From Epithemia pelagica (Eukaryota; Protista; Bacillariophyta), in assembly GCA_946965045.2 (NCBI GenBank), contig OX337236.1, positions 992,001 to 1,056,000 of the forward strand: 64,000 nt of DNA, given 5' to 3'. Position numbers and translations under genes: made by a program. The notes below the pieces were generated by a model. The model was not told the DNA's origin. It ran no database searches and saw only the letters and a program-made list of their open reading frames with translations. Shown in pieces: positions 25,664-36,787 of the stretch (positions within the stretch are counted from its first letter, which is position 1; each line of letters opens with the position of its first letter).

Positions 25664-25896
25664 CTGTTATGGAAAACAGTTTATAGTTGTTCCTAATTCC
25701 ATAATCATCCTTACCGCTCGAGCGTCATTTTTTGGCGAAGACATCTACTTACTCCCTAGATGGAATGGTTCTAAGCATGTATGCAAGAAATTTCGCCGTA
25801 GCCTAACTGGTGACGATAAGGCGAAATAAGTTGCATGGCGGATGGCAGCACACATGTCCAGGACGATGATTCTCGAGAACAACGAGCAGAAAGGCC

Positions 25897-27129
25897 ATGG
25901 AGGTTGTTGAGGGAGCAACGTTCGACTTCGGTGTTTTTCTGTTTTTCCTACAGCACCATTTGTCTGGATCTCTTGAATCGAACGTTACGGAAATTAGTTC
26001 GGGTGTTTCCTACTGGAGAAAGAAATGGGAAGACATTGATAGGACGAGTTCGTCTCCCTCTTGTTGCATGTTGGATGCAACTTTCGTATTCGACCCCAAT
26101 CCCGATGTATCGGGCACCAGTGCTCATGATGAGGGTTCCCGGAAGATAGAGCATTTCAAGACTACGTTTGACAAACACCTTTGCAGACTGTACCTAGGAG
26201 TCGTAGTAGCGCTTCCCACTGATGAAACACTTCCGTTCGGTTCAGTTTCTGGAAAACAAGGGAGATGTCATTACTATTACTGTCGCATGCAGGTACAAGC
26301 GGAAGACTTGAAATCTCATTTCTTGGACGTCGGATTTGATGTAGAACAATCAGATGTGTGGATCCTCGCGAAAACTATGTCCAAAGCTCTGATCGAGTTG
26401 TCATGCTCCGCTTCAAAGGTATCTTCATCACCGAATCTGCAAAACGGACATACGGGAGCACCGACTGCTAGTGAAGCAGATTCACCCCACTGTCCTACTA
26501 TCCCAAGTTTTAGTTTTGAGATTCCTTTATGTTACCGAGATTTCGATGATGATTGTGTTGCGAATCTTAAACTTACGACATGCACACACTGCAATTCGAA
26601 TGAAGTCTCTCATTTGACACCAGCAGTTTCCGACTTTTTCAGGTACAACTCTACGACTTCTCTCCCGAGTAACGAGAAAAAAGATATCTCTGACGAGAGA
26701 AATACCAACGGCGATAGTGATTTAGAGGAGACCACGAAGTCTCATCTACAAGCTGTGTGGAAAGAGGCAAGGCACCAATACATTATTCGTCGAAAGCAAA
26801 GTCTGACGGACCAGACTGAATATGAGACAAAGAACGCAACAAGTCGCTTTCCAAGCAGCGACAAGAACGAAAACGCAACAAAAACGGAGGCTCCTGAACT
26901 GCCGAACGCTGGAGCAACTCAACGAAAATTGGACGGAACCTTTCACATTTCAACCAGAGACAGTGTCACGGAATGTAAGAAAACTGCAATTACGAGTAAT
27001 GGTGTGGAATTATCGAATCGTCCTGTATCACGCCAATCACCCCCTGTTCGAAAGAAGCCTCGAGTTCATTATCGAGTCTCGAGGAAGAAGAAACCTGGAA
27101 GCAGATACGCAGGATCCGAGCAAACGTAG
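25897..27129 (+). CDS. Hypothetical nuclear protein (410 aa); globular N-half, disordered C-half with basic NLS-like tail
   Basis: Long ATG ORF divergent from SCC2; C-terminal RKKPRVHYRVSRKKKPG. Possible XRCC4/XLF-type head (see findings). Confidence 0.7.
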   Translation: MEVVEGATFDFGVFLFFLQHHLSGSLESNVTEISSGVSYWRKKWEDIDRTSSSPSCCMLDATFVFDPNPDVSGTSAHDEGSRKIEHFKTTFDKHLCRLYLGVVVALPTDETLPFGSVSGKQGRCHYYYCRMQVQAEDLKSHFLDVGFDVEQSDVWILAKTMSKALIELSCSASKVSSSPNLQNGHTGAPTASEADSPHCPTIPSFSFEIPLCYRDFDDDCVANLKLTTCTHCNSNEVSHLTPAVSDFFRYNSTTSLPSNEKKDISDERNTNGDSDLEETTKSHLQAVWKEARHQYIIRRKQSLTDQTEYETKNATSRFPSSDKNENATKTEAPELPNAGATQRKLDGTFHISTRDSVTECKKTAITSNGVELSNRPVSRQSPPVRKKPRVHYRVSRKKKPGSRYAGSEQT

Positions 27130-27268
27130 ACAACGCACCTTCCTAGTGGGGACTGAGTGACTTAACTTTTATATGGATATCATGATAGGAGTGCTCAGTT
27201 TGCACGATGGGTGAACTCCGCAACAGTCGAGAAGTCTGCTCGAGATGTGGTCACCACAGGAAACTTTT

Positions 27269-30200
27269 TCATTCTGCTGTCGCGGATTGCATCATGTCAT
27301 CCTCCCGTCTGTTTTTGTGATAGAGGCGGAGGCCTTCTATCATATCTTTAACATCGAAGTCTTCGGCATCGCCATCGTCATAGTTAACATACCATAGCGC
27401 ATCATTTTCCCCCTCAGCTGATGGCGGTTGATATTTTGTGATTGTGCCAAAGAAGATATCACCATCAAAATCTTCGAATGACTTAGCAACCCGCCAATTG
27501 ATGAACTTTCTGGGATTCCGCAAAACCTCAGATTGGCTACGTGGTGGTTTCGTCGCAGTGCGATTTGTAGAACCATTTGGTGACTTAATGGTAACTGTTT
27601 CTTGCCGTTCCACAGAGCTGTCGTGTTCGCCAGTGTCTTCTCCGGGTGCAGTTCCAGCCTCTTCAGATGATTCGAGCTTTTCCTTCGACAATTTTTCTCG
27701 GCCGCTTTCCGGTATCGATGCCAGTGTCGTGTTTATTTCAGATGATTCGAGTTTCGAGCTTTCATTTTCTGGATTTGATTCCGGTGCAAGGGTTGGTTCA
27801 GATGATTTGAGCTTCGACCTTTGATCTGACGGCATCTCCGACGACTTTGTTACACTGCCTTCAGGTATAGATTTGGGTACTGTGCTTACTTCGGACGTTT
27901 CGAAATTTATACTTTCATGTGACGACTTTGTAACCGCGCCATCTGTTGCCGATTCGTGCGAAGTGATCACTTCCGACGAATCTAACTTGGAGCGTTCACG
28001 TGACGACTTGGCTGCGGACTTTGGAACAACACCATGGGGTGGCGATTCGGGCGCCGCGATTCTTTCCGATGATTCGGGCATCAAACTTTCATTTGACGAC
28101 TTGGCTGACGGCCTCGGAACAACTCCATCGGTTATCGATTCGTGCGCCGCGATAACTTCAGATGCTTTTGGCGTCGAACTTTCATTTGACGGCTTTGCTG
28201 GTAACTTTGTAGCACCGCCTTCCGGCATCGATCCATGCGTCGTACTGACGTTGATGGTTTCTCCAGTTCTTCTATTTGCTGGACTTCGGCCAAGAGCAAT
28301 CTCCATCAGTTCAGCCCTCGACGGGGGGAGACTAGATACTTTCTGAACCTTCCGAGAGTCTTCACTTCCGCACTTAAGCGGATCCAGAGGTCTTTTCAGT
28401 GAAGAGCTATCAGTTGAATCTTGATTCTGAATTGGTAGCACTTGTCCGTTCTGAGTTTTCATCGCGTCTTTTCTTGTGACTTCCTTGTATTTCGACGCCA
28501 GCTCAGGGACAATGTTCCTCATGTTGAGGACTGCCTGCTTCGCCCGATCTGTTTGAGATTTCAGGGCTGTCACTTCCTCGTCCTGATCAGACGAAAGACG
28601 ACTGCTGTCTTCTCCCGTACTTGCGTAGTCGATTAGGTAGTCTAGCAGAGAACATTCAAGTATTACAGTTAGGTGCCAGATGATCGAGCCCATCGTGTAC
28701 GTACAGGGTTCCAAGACTTACCGAATAGAGTTGTAGCGGCCACCTCTTCCGTCTCGCCATTATCGTACTTGATCTTGAATATATCTTTCATCAGAATCGC
28801 GGAATTGTCGCGCTTAAGGTCGAATACTGTTCCTTGTATACGTGGGACCATTCCGTCGGAAGACTCGTTCTTCTTCGGTTGGATAACACGGGTTCCTAGC
28901 AGGTCATGTCTTATTTTTTCCAGCTTTGACAATTGGGTAAGTGGCAAAGTTTTTGATTTCAATAGGAAATGAACGGCTTTTGACGACAAATTCTTTTCCG
29001 TCACTACCTCAACCTGCTCCATTGTCTTTCCGTGTTCTTTGTTTGGTTCCAGAATGTACGAAAAATGTCGATTCAAAAGCTTCACGATGTATTCAAAATC
29101 GCCACCAGTCACAACAACTCTGAGCGGAGGATGCTTCAACGAAGAATCTTCTGTCGCGGCTTTACCCTGTTTCTTTTCTTCTTCCTCCCACTCCTTATGA
29201 ACTTTATCCACCCAACTTGCAATCACCCGGGACAAACTCCAAGCCATTTCACTTAACATACCAACCACCATGGCATCTACAGCCGACCCACCGGCGAGAC
29301 TGGAAAGAGGTCTCTTCCTGCGCTCACATTCTGCCATACGCATCTTAATATCATCGGGTTCGATTTGGGGGAGGGCTCCTGTGAACTCGCACAAAGCCGC
29401 ACATTTGGCTTTTATCCCAAGAGTTATTCCACCTGAGCCCATAAATTTACCGTTTGCATTGGTTGCTGTCCACGTAAGCGCTGTTCCACCGTCCACAACC
29501 AGTACAGCTTTACCATAAATGTGTGTGGCAGCATACAAGTTCGCACATCGGTCGACGCCAACACTGGGATACAACGCGTGGTCAGAACTGCTAAAGAAAT
29601 CGTTGGATTGTAGTTGGTGAAGTCGATGAGGAACTGATTGAAGCAAAAGCTGTATTCGATCGGCCGCTTCCTGATTAGTGCTCATGAGGTAGATGTCGAT
29701 GTAAGGGATACGATTGCGCGACAGGAAACTTTGTAACTTGGATTGACTACCGTTTTTTGCTCCATCCCGCCCACACAACTGTTCACGAACTCTGGGAGGC
29801 ATCCATGTTACGAAGAAACCTTCGCGAGTAGAAGTAGGAGAATCAAAATGCTTAGTTCTGGAGAGCCAAAAAGCACAAGTTTCGAAAGGCGAAAGGAAAG
29901 ACATTCAGCGTTAGTCATAATTTCATAGCAAATCAGAAAACAATTCGACAGCGAAATCAACGGAAGATGGTACCGGTACCAAAGGCGGACAAGAGAAAAC
30001 TGTCTGCAAGACAAACAAGAGGCAAAAATAGCCACTTACTTCCAAAATGTATGAGCGGCAAATCCTTCCTTAAAACCCTCGTGAAAACCCCAATGAAGTC
30101 GCGAATTGCCACAAGAAATAGATATAACATGTTTCGATTCTGGATGGGGGCAGCTTTGGGGCCAAGACGTCGTTTTAATGGGCTTATCACATTCGATTTC

Positions 30201-30293
30201 TGACGGGTTCGCAGCTCGAGTCGCCGCATTAGTAGATACGCTTGCCTCCGTTCTCGAGAGTTGCTCTCCCGAGGATCGTTGCAAGGCCTCCAT
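27269..30293 (-). CDS. Type III pantothenate kinase (CoaX)-like protein fused to two Tudor-like domains, 3 exons (30293-30040, 29857-28722, 28641-27269), 920 aa
   Basis: CoaX motifs ISCGNSRLHW, VGVDR, VLVVDGGTALT, VVTGGD; introns 29858-30039 and 28642-28721 join three listed ORFs in frame; Tudor-like GTV..KIKYDNGETEE and FFGTIT..WYVNYDDGDAEDF. Confidence 0.8.
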
Positions 30294-30540
30294 CTTATCA
30301 GGTACAGAGCGCTTCTTTGTCGTTGCACAAAAATCCGTGAAGAATGGAGGCCTGAAGATCTGGATATACGCTCTAGCGTTAATACTTATTACAGATAAAA
30401 AAGGAGTTGTGCTTGAAAGTCCAACTCCGCCTGGGATTGGGAGCGCAGCACAACTGACTCTGACTGACTGTCGGTAAACCGCACCACGACTTCGTATCTA
30501 CTCCCGCGGGACACAGAATGTCCCTTGGTCACGACGCGGC

Positions 30541-33500
30541 ATGCTCGAAGCGCCAGTCGGTCATTCTTTGGAACACACCGTCACAACACAGAGCATCAAC
30601 ACCAGAGAGGTTCCGTGGGTGACCAATAGAACCATGGCATTGCGAACTTTCCGATTCAATCCCTCTCTAGGGGGGTTCGGACGAGAGTCGTCTTCCTCTT
30701 CTCAAAAGAGCAACTTCCTTGGGTCAGGTTCCATTATAGAACAAGGCAATCTAACGGAAGTCGGCAATGACGATAATGAGCATGAAGAAGAGGTCATGGA
30801 GGCGGACGCCTTTGCGCAGATCGTAAAGGAGCTTGTCGACAATGCCATGGATGCATGTCGATCATCCTGCCCACAAAACAAAAATGACACACAGAAAAGC
30901 AGCAGTCGTCCAGGGGTAACGAAACCCACCAAGAAAGAGAAGAAAGGGCAAGGAAAGAAAAAGGGCAACGCCGGCAAATCCCTTCCTGAGTTAGATCCTA
31001 CCACCCAACGCCGCGTCATCGTCAAAATTGTCCCCGAGGACATTGCTCCATCTCTTCAATCTAAGACTTCCGCAAGGGAAGGTAAAAATGAAAAAACCAG
31101 TCAAGCTGCACTTTCTTCTGGACCAGCCCCGCGGGAATTGGTGCGTGTCGTTGTCACCGATAATGGATGTGGCATGAGAGACATTCAATCTTGTGTCGAT
31201 CCCTTTTATACAAACAAGGCCCATAATAGTTCCCGATGGAGCAGCAATGATTCTGCTTCTGCTGTAGGAAACGACGTAGAGAAAAAGAAAGGAAAGAATG
31301 GACATCTTGCCGCCACCTGCAACCGTAACAACACAGCAGGTCGATATGGTATTGGGCTCACTCGTAAGTACAACGTATGCAAAAATCAGGATTCGAACAG
31401 TACTTTGGCTGACGCCGTGTCTTGTCTAATCTTCGGTTCCACGTTTTGGCGTTGTCTGACTCAGTATGTTTGCTGCACGCCCAGCGTCTTGTTCCCCATT
31501 CTAGGGCATCCATTCAATCGGCCACAGCAGAGGACCCCAATTTCACACATGTTCAATGTTGGGTTGATACGGAGGGCGATGCCGTCCGATGTTGGCCGGC
31601 CACAAACGAAAAAGATGGGAAAGTGATGGATCCAAGGCGCAAGACTTTTGCCCGTGAAAGTGGCACCTCCATCTCATTGTTGTTGCCCGGCGGTTCCACG
31701 GCAGAGGCTGCATGGCCTCGACTGGCATCGTACTTTTCCAAGTTCCAGTTGAGTTTGGACCTGCCGTGTTCCCTTGAAGTGCTTGCCCCCTCTCTGTCGC
31801 ACACGCCCCTCTACGTTCAGCCCGTCCATGAGGAAGGATCAACAAATATACATGAAACAGGTTGCAAGGACGACGATGATAGTAGTCATTCGGCAAAAGA
31901 AACCCTTTGCTTGTTCAAAAATGTCATGGATGAGGGCGAAATTCCAAAAGCCAGCTCTTCTCAGCAGAAAGCCAGCTCTCCACTAGTCTGCGATAACGAA
32001 TTCAGGGACTGGATTGATCCCATGGACTTGCGAGTTCCTTCCCAACGGCAGCAACAAGGGACTGAGGACGATTTCGGTGATTGGATCGATCCCATGAAAC
32101 TGCCGATCGAGAAAGATAATAAATTCACTTCCAAGACTGTTCACAAAGTTTCCCAAACGACCTCAGCTTCTCAGAGTGACAGCGATTCCTCGTGTTCTAT
32201 TTCAAACAAAAGAAAGACTCAACAGCAAAGAAAGGTGTCTCCGCAAGAACTGGTCCGTTCACGACTTCGCCGAGCGGCGCAAAAGTACTTGGGAAAGGAT
32301 GTTGCGCTAGAGAATATTGCATGTGCAACCGTTCCGATTCGCCAAGTGATATCTTCTTTCAACACAACTACACCAGGGCAGATTCAACCGGTAGAGGAAC
32401 AACCACAGCTTGAAATCGCTTTGATCGTTCATAACCAGCCACAAGACGAATCTCCCGACATCTCTAATGAAGACTGTGATGATGGTATTGTCCGAAGGGG
32501 AGCGGCTGCCACCATGAGTTTGATCCGACTGGTGAATGCCGTGCCTCTGCTTGACAGCGCCCAAGCAGTTGCATGTGGCTTAGTCCAAGGGCTGTTGGAC
32601 ATGCAAAAAATATGGAACTCGTTTGGGCTTACAGTCACACCAAATCCGGATCGTCGATGGGACAGTTCCTGTTTGCCGATATATGAGGTAAGGGATAGCG
32701 ATCAAGTAGCACCGTTTTTCCATACACACCACACGCATAAGCTGTACGAACAAGAAAACGTTGATACAACCTTGGTATCCGAGGACGAGGACGAAGAGGA
32801 AAGTACAGAAGGCGAAGTTTCTGAGTCTGTGAAGGTGCGTTCGCCCCGTCGCCGTCGCCGAGCCAATACCCATCAGGGTAGAAGAGGGTTGCTTCCAGCA
32901 AACAGTCGTTTGGGACATATACTCGTAATTTGTCAGTTACAAGCAAATCCCACAAAACTACCCCTGCCAACCTTGTGTAAAGGACGGCTACCCCTGGATG
33001 ATGGTCCTCTCATGACAGCGTTCCAAGTTGCAACAACGCGATGCTTGAGGCAGTTGCAAATCAGCAACCCTGCTTTGTTTCTCACGACCAAGCAACTGAA
33101 AACTGTGGAACGAAACATTCAATTTGTCCCCTCGTTGGCCGTAGCTGTTGCTTCTATTGTCACACACTCAACCTCCTACCATCCTGTCATTGATCGATAT
33201 ATGACAAAAAGTCAGGAAGGGAGAAAGGTTAATGGAAACGAAACGAGCAGCAAAGATAGACTTGTTGATTCCATGATACAATCCCTGATTGAAGAGCGCC
33301 TTCGGAGAAACATTGCCCAAAATACACGTCAGAAAGCGGACACGAAGTCAAAAGCAAAGAAGAAAGCAAAGGTAGATGGCGACAGAGAAGACAGTGTGAC
33401 GGTCGATCAAGGTCGTGATATCTACGAAGGCGAACCAGGCCAAGAGACCCCACGGACACAGGACGGTGGCTTCCCTCGAGCAAAGTCACACCAGCAGCGC

Positions 33501-33587
33501 CATTCTCTTCATAGGAGAATGGCAAAGGAAAAGAAAGGCAAGGAGAATGCTCACCAACATGGATCAATTCAAGTATCGGGATGCTGA
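30541..33587 (+). CDS. Divergent DNA topoisomerase VI subunit B-like protein (GHKL ATPase plus transducer), 2 exons (30541 or 30634-31363, 31465-33587)
   Basis: Bergerat motifs KELVDNAMDA, VTDNGCGM, AGRYGIGL; intron 31364-31464 gives GLT-L-CLLHAQ; transducer-like IRLVNAVPLL, IWNSFGL, LPTLCKG, RCLRQL..FVPSLAVAV. 3' end uncertain. Confidence 0.78.
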
Positions 33588-34189
33588 ATGTAGAACAGAT
33601 AATGAGTACACCAACGGAGACCAGTGTCATGTATTTGATAATGACTCTGGTGGCAGCAACCTGCTTCTGTCAAAGTCATGGGATCGGATTGACTCCAAGA
33701 AAATGACTCCTGTAAGGAAATGTGAAAAGAAGAGGAGAAAATGAAGCGCGTAGTCTATCAGTGTTACCTCTGTGAGAAGTATCTCCAGAAGCACCTGAAG
33801 ACAGCTCTAGGGAGACCGTCAATCCAAGAGATTCTGTAATTAACGCAAGAAGAGCCAAAACAACAGGGAGCACTATGGTGCTTGTGATTTCTTTGTCGCC
33901 GACATAGGCTTCCGATAGGAAGTGTGATATCTTGTGTCGACAAATCTCGATAGACTCCTCTAAACCAAGACAGAAGAGAATATTTATTCCTTGACTGCGA
34001 TTTTCTTGCTCTGAAGCGCTCCTTGACTTGAATTCAGGCGCGAAAACTGAATCCAATGCATGGAATCAACTCTCGTCTCAAATACAATCTCGTAGTACTC
34101 AACTTCAGCCTAAAGATTCAGCACTTATGTCGTCTCTTCAAGACCTTGGAAAAAGAATTAACACCATGAACTGAGGTTCTACTTTCAGC

Positions 34190-36232
34190 TTAATGCATTT
34201 CCCAGGCAACATGAGACAAACAACACGCCCCTGTCTTTCTTTGAACACGTGACGAGGTTCGAACATCCACCGTCAACCCAATTAAAGGCATATCTTTCGT
34301 GTTGTATGAAGACTTTGAAAGGCCTTGATGTAGTCGTCGTTTTGTGGCTTCGTCTATGAGGGTATTGTCCATAGTCTGAACTTGATCAATGGCAGTCATT
34401 TGTGCCTTTTCGGGAATCGAAACATGGACGCAAGTAGGCCGTTTGAGGTACTCTCCAGCACCATGCATTAGCATGATAGAGGATGGCGAGACTTCAACCC
34501 CTCCGACAGTAACTTGCAAATCTTGATCCAACTGACATGCTTCAGGACTTCGCTTTTCATTTGCCTCGCATAGAACCAAACTGTCCATCCAGTGCGATGC
34601 TAACATCCATGAAGAGTCACCTACTTTGGTGTCGTGCTTGTGATTTCCATGGTGGTCCTCATCATCCAATATGTGGTACGATTCAATAGGCAGCCATAGT
34701 CGCAACGGTCCTGATTCTGGAACACCATAGAGGGCAATTTTCATGTCCTCATACCCCAATCCGCCACACTTCTCAACCTTTACCTTTGTGTCGCGTTCCA
34801 ATTTGCTGACATCCAATACCCATCCCGTGGAGTAATCGCGGTCTGTTCTATCGGTCATGATATTATCTGCCGTTGGACCAGAGGCCAGGCCAGAGACCAC
34901 GATGTTGGGCAATACCTTTGCATGATCAGTGGCCGGAAGAAAATTAGTCCGACACGACACGTGGTGAATCTGATATTTTTCAATACCCAGTTCATGGCCG
35001 TACAGAAGGTAATCAATCGATGCTGCTCCGTGATTGTCTGGTACGGTGCTAGATAAGGGCTTCGGAAATATGGGCTCGTCTGGTGACTCAATAATTTCGG
35101 AAGTGAATTTCGCGATCCAATCAGGATCTGATTCTGCGATATGGACTGCCTTTTCAATCTCGTCGACAAATTCCATGGCAATGACCCAAGCAATCAATTC
35201 ATGTTCTTTCTTCTTGGGATGCCAACCAGATCGTCCCGGGCATGACTTGGGTGATCCAAATTCAGCCCACTCTTGTAGCCCCAATGGCAACTGGGTGGAT
35301 TTGGCTGACGATTCCGAATCGAACTTGGTCAGATCGGACTTGCTAAATATGGCATCAGCTTTCCCAACGCAAAGGGCATCTTGCAGCAACCTTTTTTCTG
35401 TGTATTGTTTCAACAAACTACAGCGACCACTGTGTGTATCGAGTGAGACGATCATCGGTCTGGATTTCAAAAGTTGATGTTGGGAATGTCGAATGAAAGC
35501 CTCTAAGACTGCCGTGTTGTCCTTTCCCAATTCATTCATGCTGAAATCCCAACTAATAACATCGGGTGCACTTCCCAGGAAATGCTCGAGACAAAAAGCG
35601 TAGGGAAAACTAGGAATCCCTCCAATGGCTGCGTTCCGGACGATCAAGTCCATTTGGAAGATTTCGTTCAAGACCGGTTGCAAGATACTTTGCAGGACAA
35701 ATGGATATGATTGCTTAAAGAAATTTCCACGTCCGACTGTCACACTGTATCCAGCAAAAGCCATTTGAAAAGGACGATTGTTGGCGGCGGCTCGCAATAT
35801 TCGACCAGCTGTGGCAGTCGGCATTGTAGACGGATCTTCGTGCAACTCATCGTTGAATCGAACTGTCGACACAAACTTTTGTGCACCATGTTGTCGAATG
35901 TGGGAGGCATATGAACCGTAACGAGCTTCAAAGTCCGATCGCAACTGATCAAGAACCTTCTTGGCGTGAGATCCAAAGTCTACCTTGGCTTGTGCAGCAT
36001 TGACACTGACATGTGGTTCCATCACCATGCTTTTGCCCAAAGAGTTCGACGTCGGGTGCGGAGGCTCATTGACAACAAAAAGGACCAAGAAGAACAGAGA
36101 CGAACTGATGATCAGAATGACAGAAAATACAAGCCAAATCACACCATTAGTCGAAGATAACTTGGATCGCTTCCGCGATAATGGGTGATTATTTGCCAAA
36201 GTTCGACGAGCATTGGTTGCTGAGTGCTTCAT
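34190..36232 (-). CDS. Membrane-anchored SGNH-hydrolase-like protein
   Basis: N-terminal TM (VIWLVFSVILIISSSLFFLVLFVV); FAGYSVTVG (block I), RNAAIGG (block II), DFSMNE (block III), GWHP (block V). First ATG 36232. Confidence 0.7.
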   Translation of the reverse strand: MKHSATNARRTLANNHPLSRKRSKLSSTNGVIWLVFSVILIISSSLFFLVLFVVNEPPHPTSNSLGKSMVMEPHVSVNAAQAKVDFGSHAKKVLDQLRSDFEARYGSYASHIRQHGAQKFVSTVRFNDELHEDPSTMPTATAGRILRAAANNRPFQMAFAGYSVTVGRGNFFKQSYPFVLQSILQPVLNEIFQMDLIVRNAAIGGIPSFPYAFCLEHFLGSAPDVISWDFSMNELGKDNTAVLEAFIRHSQHQLLKSRPMIVSLDTHSGRCSLLKQYTEKRLLQDALCVGKADAIFSKSDLTKFDSESSAKSTQLPLGLQEWAEFGSPKSCPGRSGWHPKKKEHELIAWVIAMEFVDEIEKAVHIAESDPDWIAKFTSEIIESPDEPIFPKPLSSTVPDNHGAASIDYLLYGHELGIEKYQIHHVSCRTNFLPATDHAKVLPNIVVSGLASGPTADNIMTDRTDRDYSTGWVLDVSKLERDTKVKVEKCGGLGYEDMKIALYGVPESGPLRLWLPIESYHILDDEDHHGNHKHDTKVGDSSWMLASHWMDSLVLCEANEKRSPEACQLDQDLQVTVGGVEVSPSSIMLMHGAGEYLKRPTCVHVSIPEKAQMTAIDQVQTMDNTLIDEATKRRLHQGLSKSSYNTKDMPLIGLTVDVRTSSRVQRKTGACCLSHVAWEMH

Positions 36233-36787
36233 GCTATAGCACAAAAACGAAGAGTCCCTTCAACAATTCAGGACCTTCTTCCTCAATCATTCAAGAGATC
36301 GGTAACGAGCTCTGGGCAACAAAGGGCCTCAAATGGGCTGGGGACCTTTCCCGAAGCCAACACGAGATGGAGAGATGAAATGAATGATGACAACCTCCGT
36401 CTCCAATTGTCGATGATGGATCGCTATTAAGTCGCCTTGGAGTCGTGCTATTCTCCTGTCACGCTTTCTCGAGTAGAAATATCTGGCGTCTGTAATACGG
36501 CGCGGTGTATACTTATAATGAAAACTTTCTCAAATGGACCAGTGGGGTTTACAATCGGACATGTCCGTATCGTGTCCATGCGAAAACCTTAGCCATCTAC
36601 ACAGCTCATTCTCCTCACAAAATGCATTGACACAATGGAGGCTGTTGTCTCTTTCAAGGCTGCACAACCTGTATTTGTCTCGTCTTGCTTCTTGTTAAAG
36701 AGCTTCCTTCTGAAACTGATACGTATTCCTTAACAATTACGTGCAAATTTCAGCCACAGTTCGAGCCGTCGTCCGAACGCGACCACA

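Noticed and set aside
33415-34056. ORFs 33415-33744 (+) and 33676-34056 (-), and a perfect E2F-like GGCGCGAAAA near 34037
   Set aside because: The first may be an alternative TOP6B-like tail but no splice or shift is supported; the second lacks an ATG; the motif lies between convergent 3' ends.
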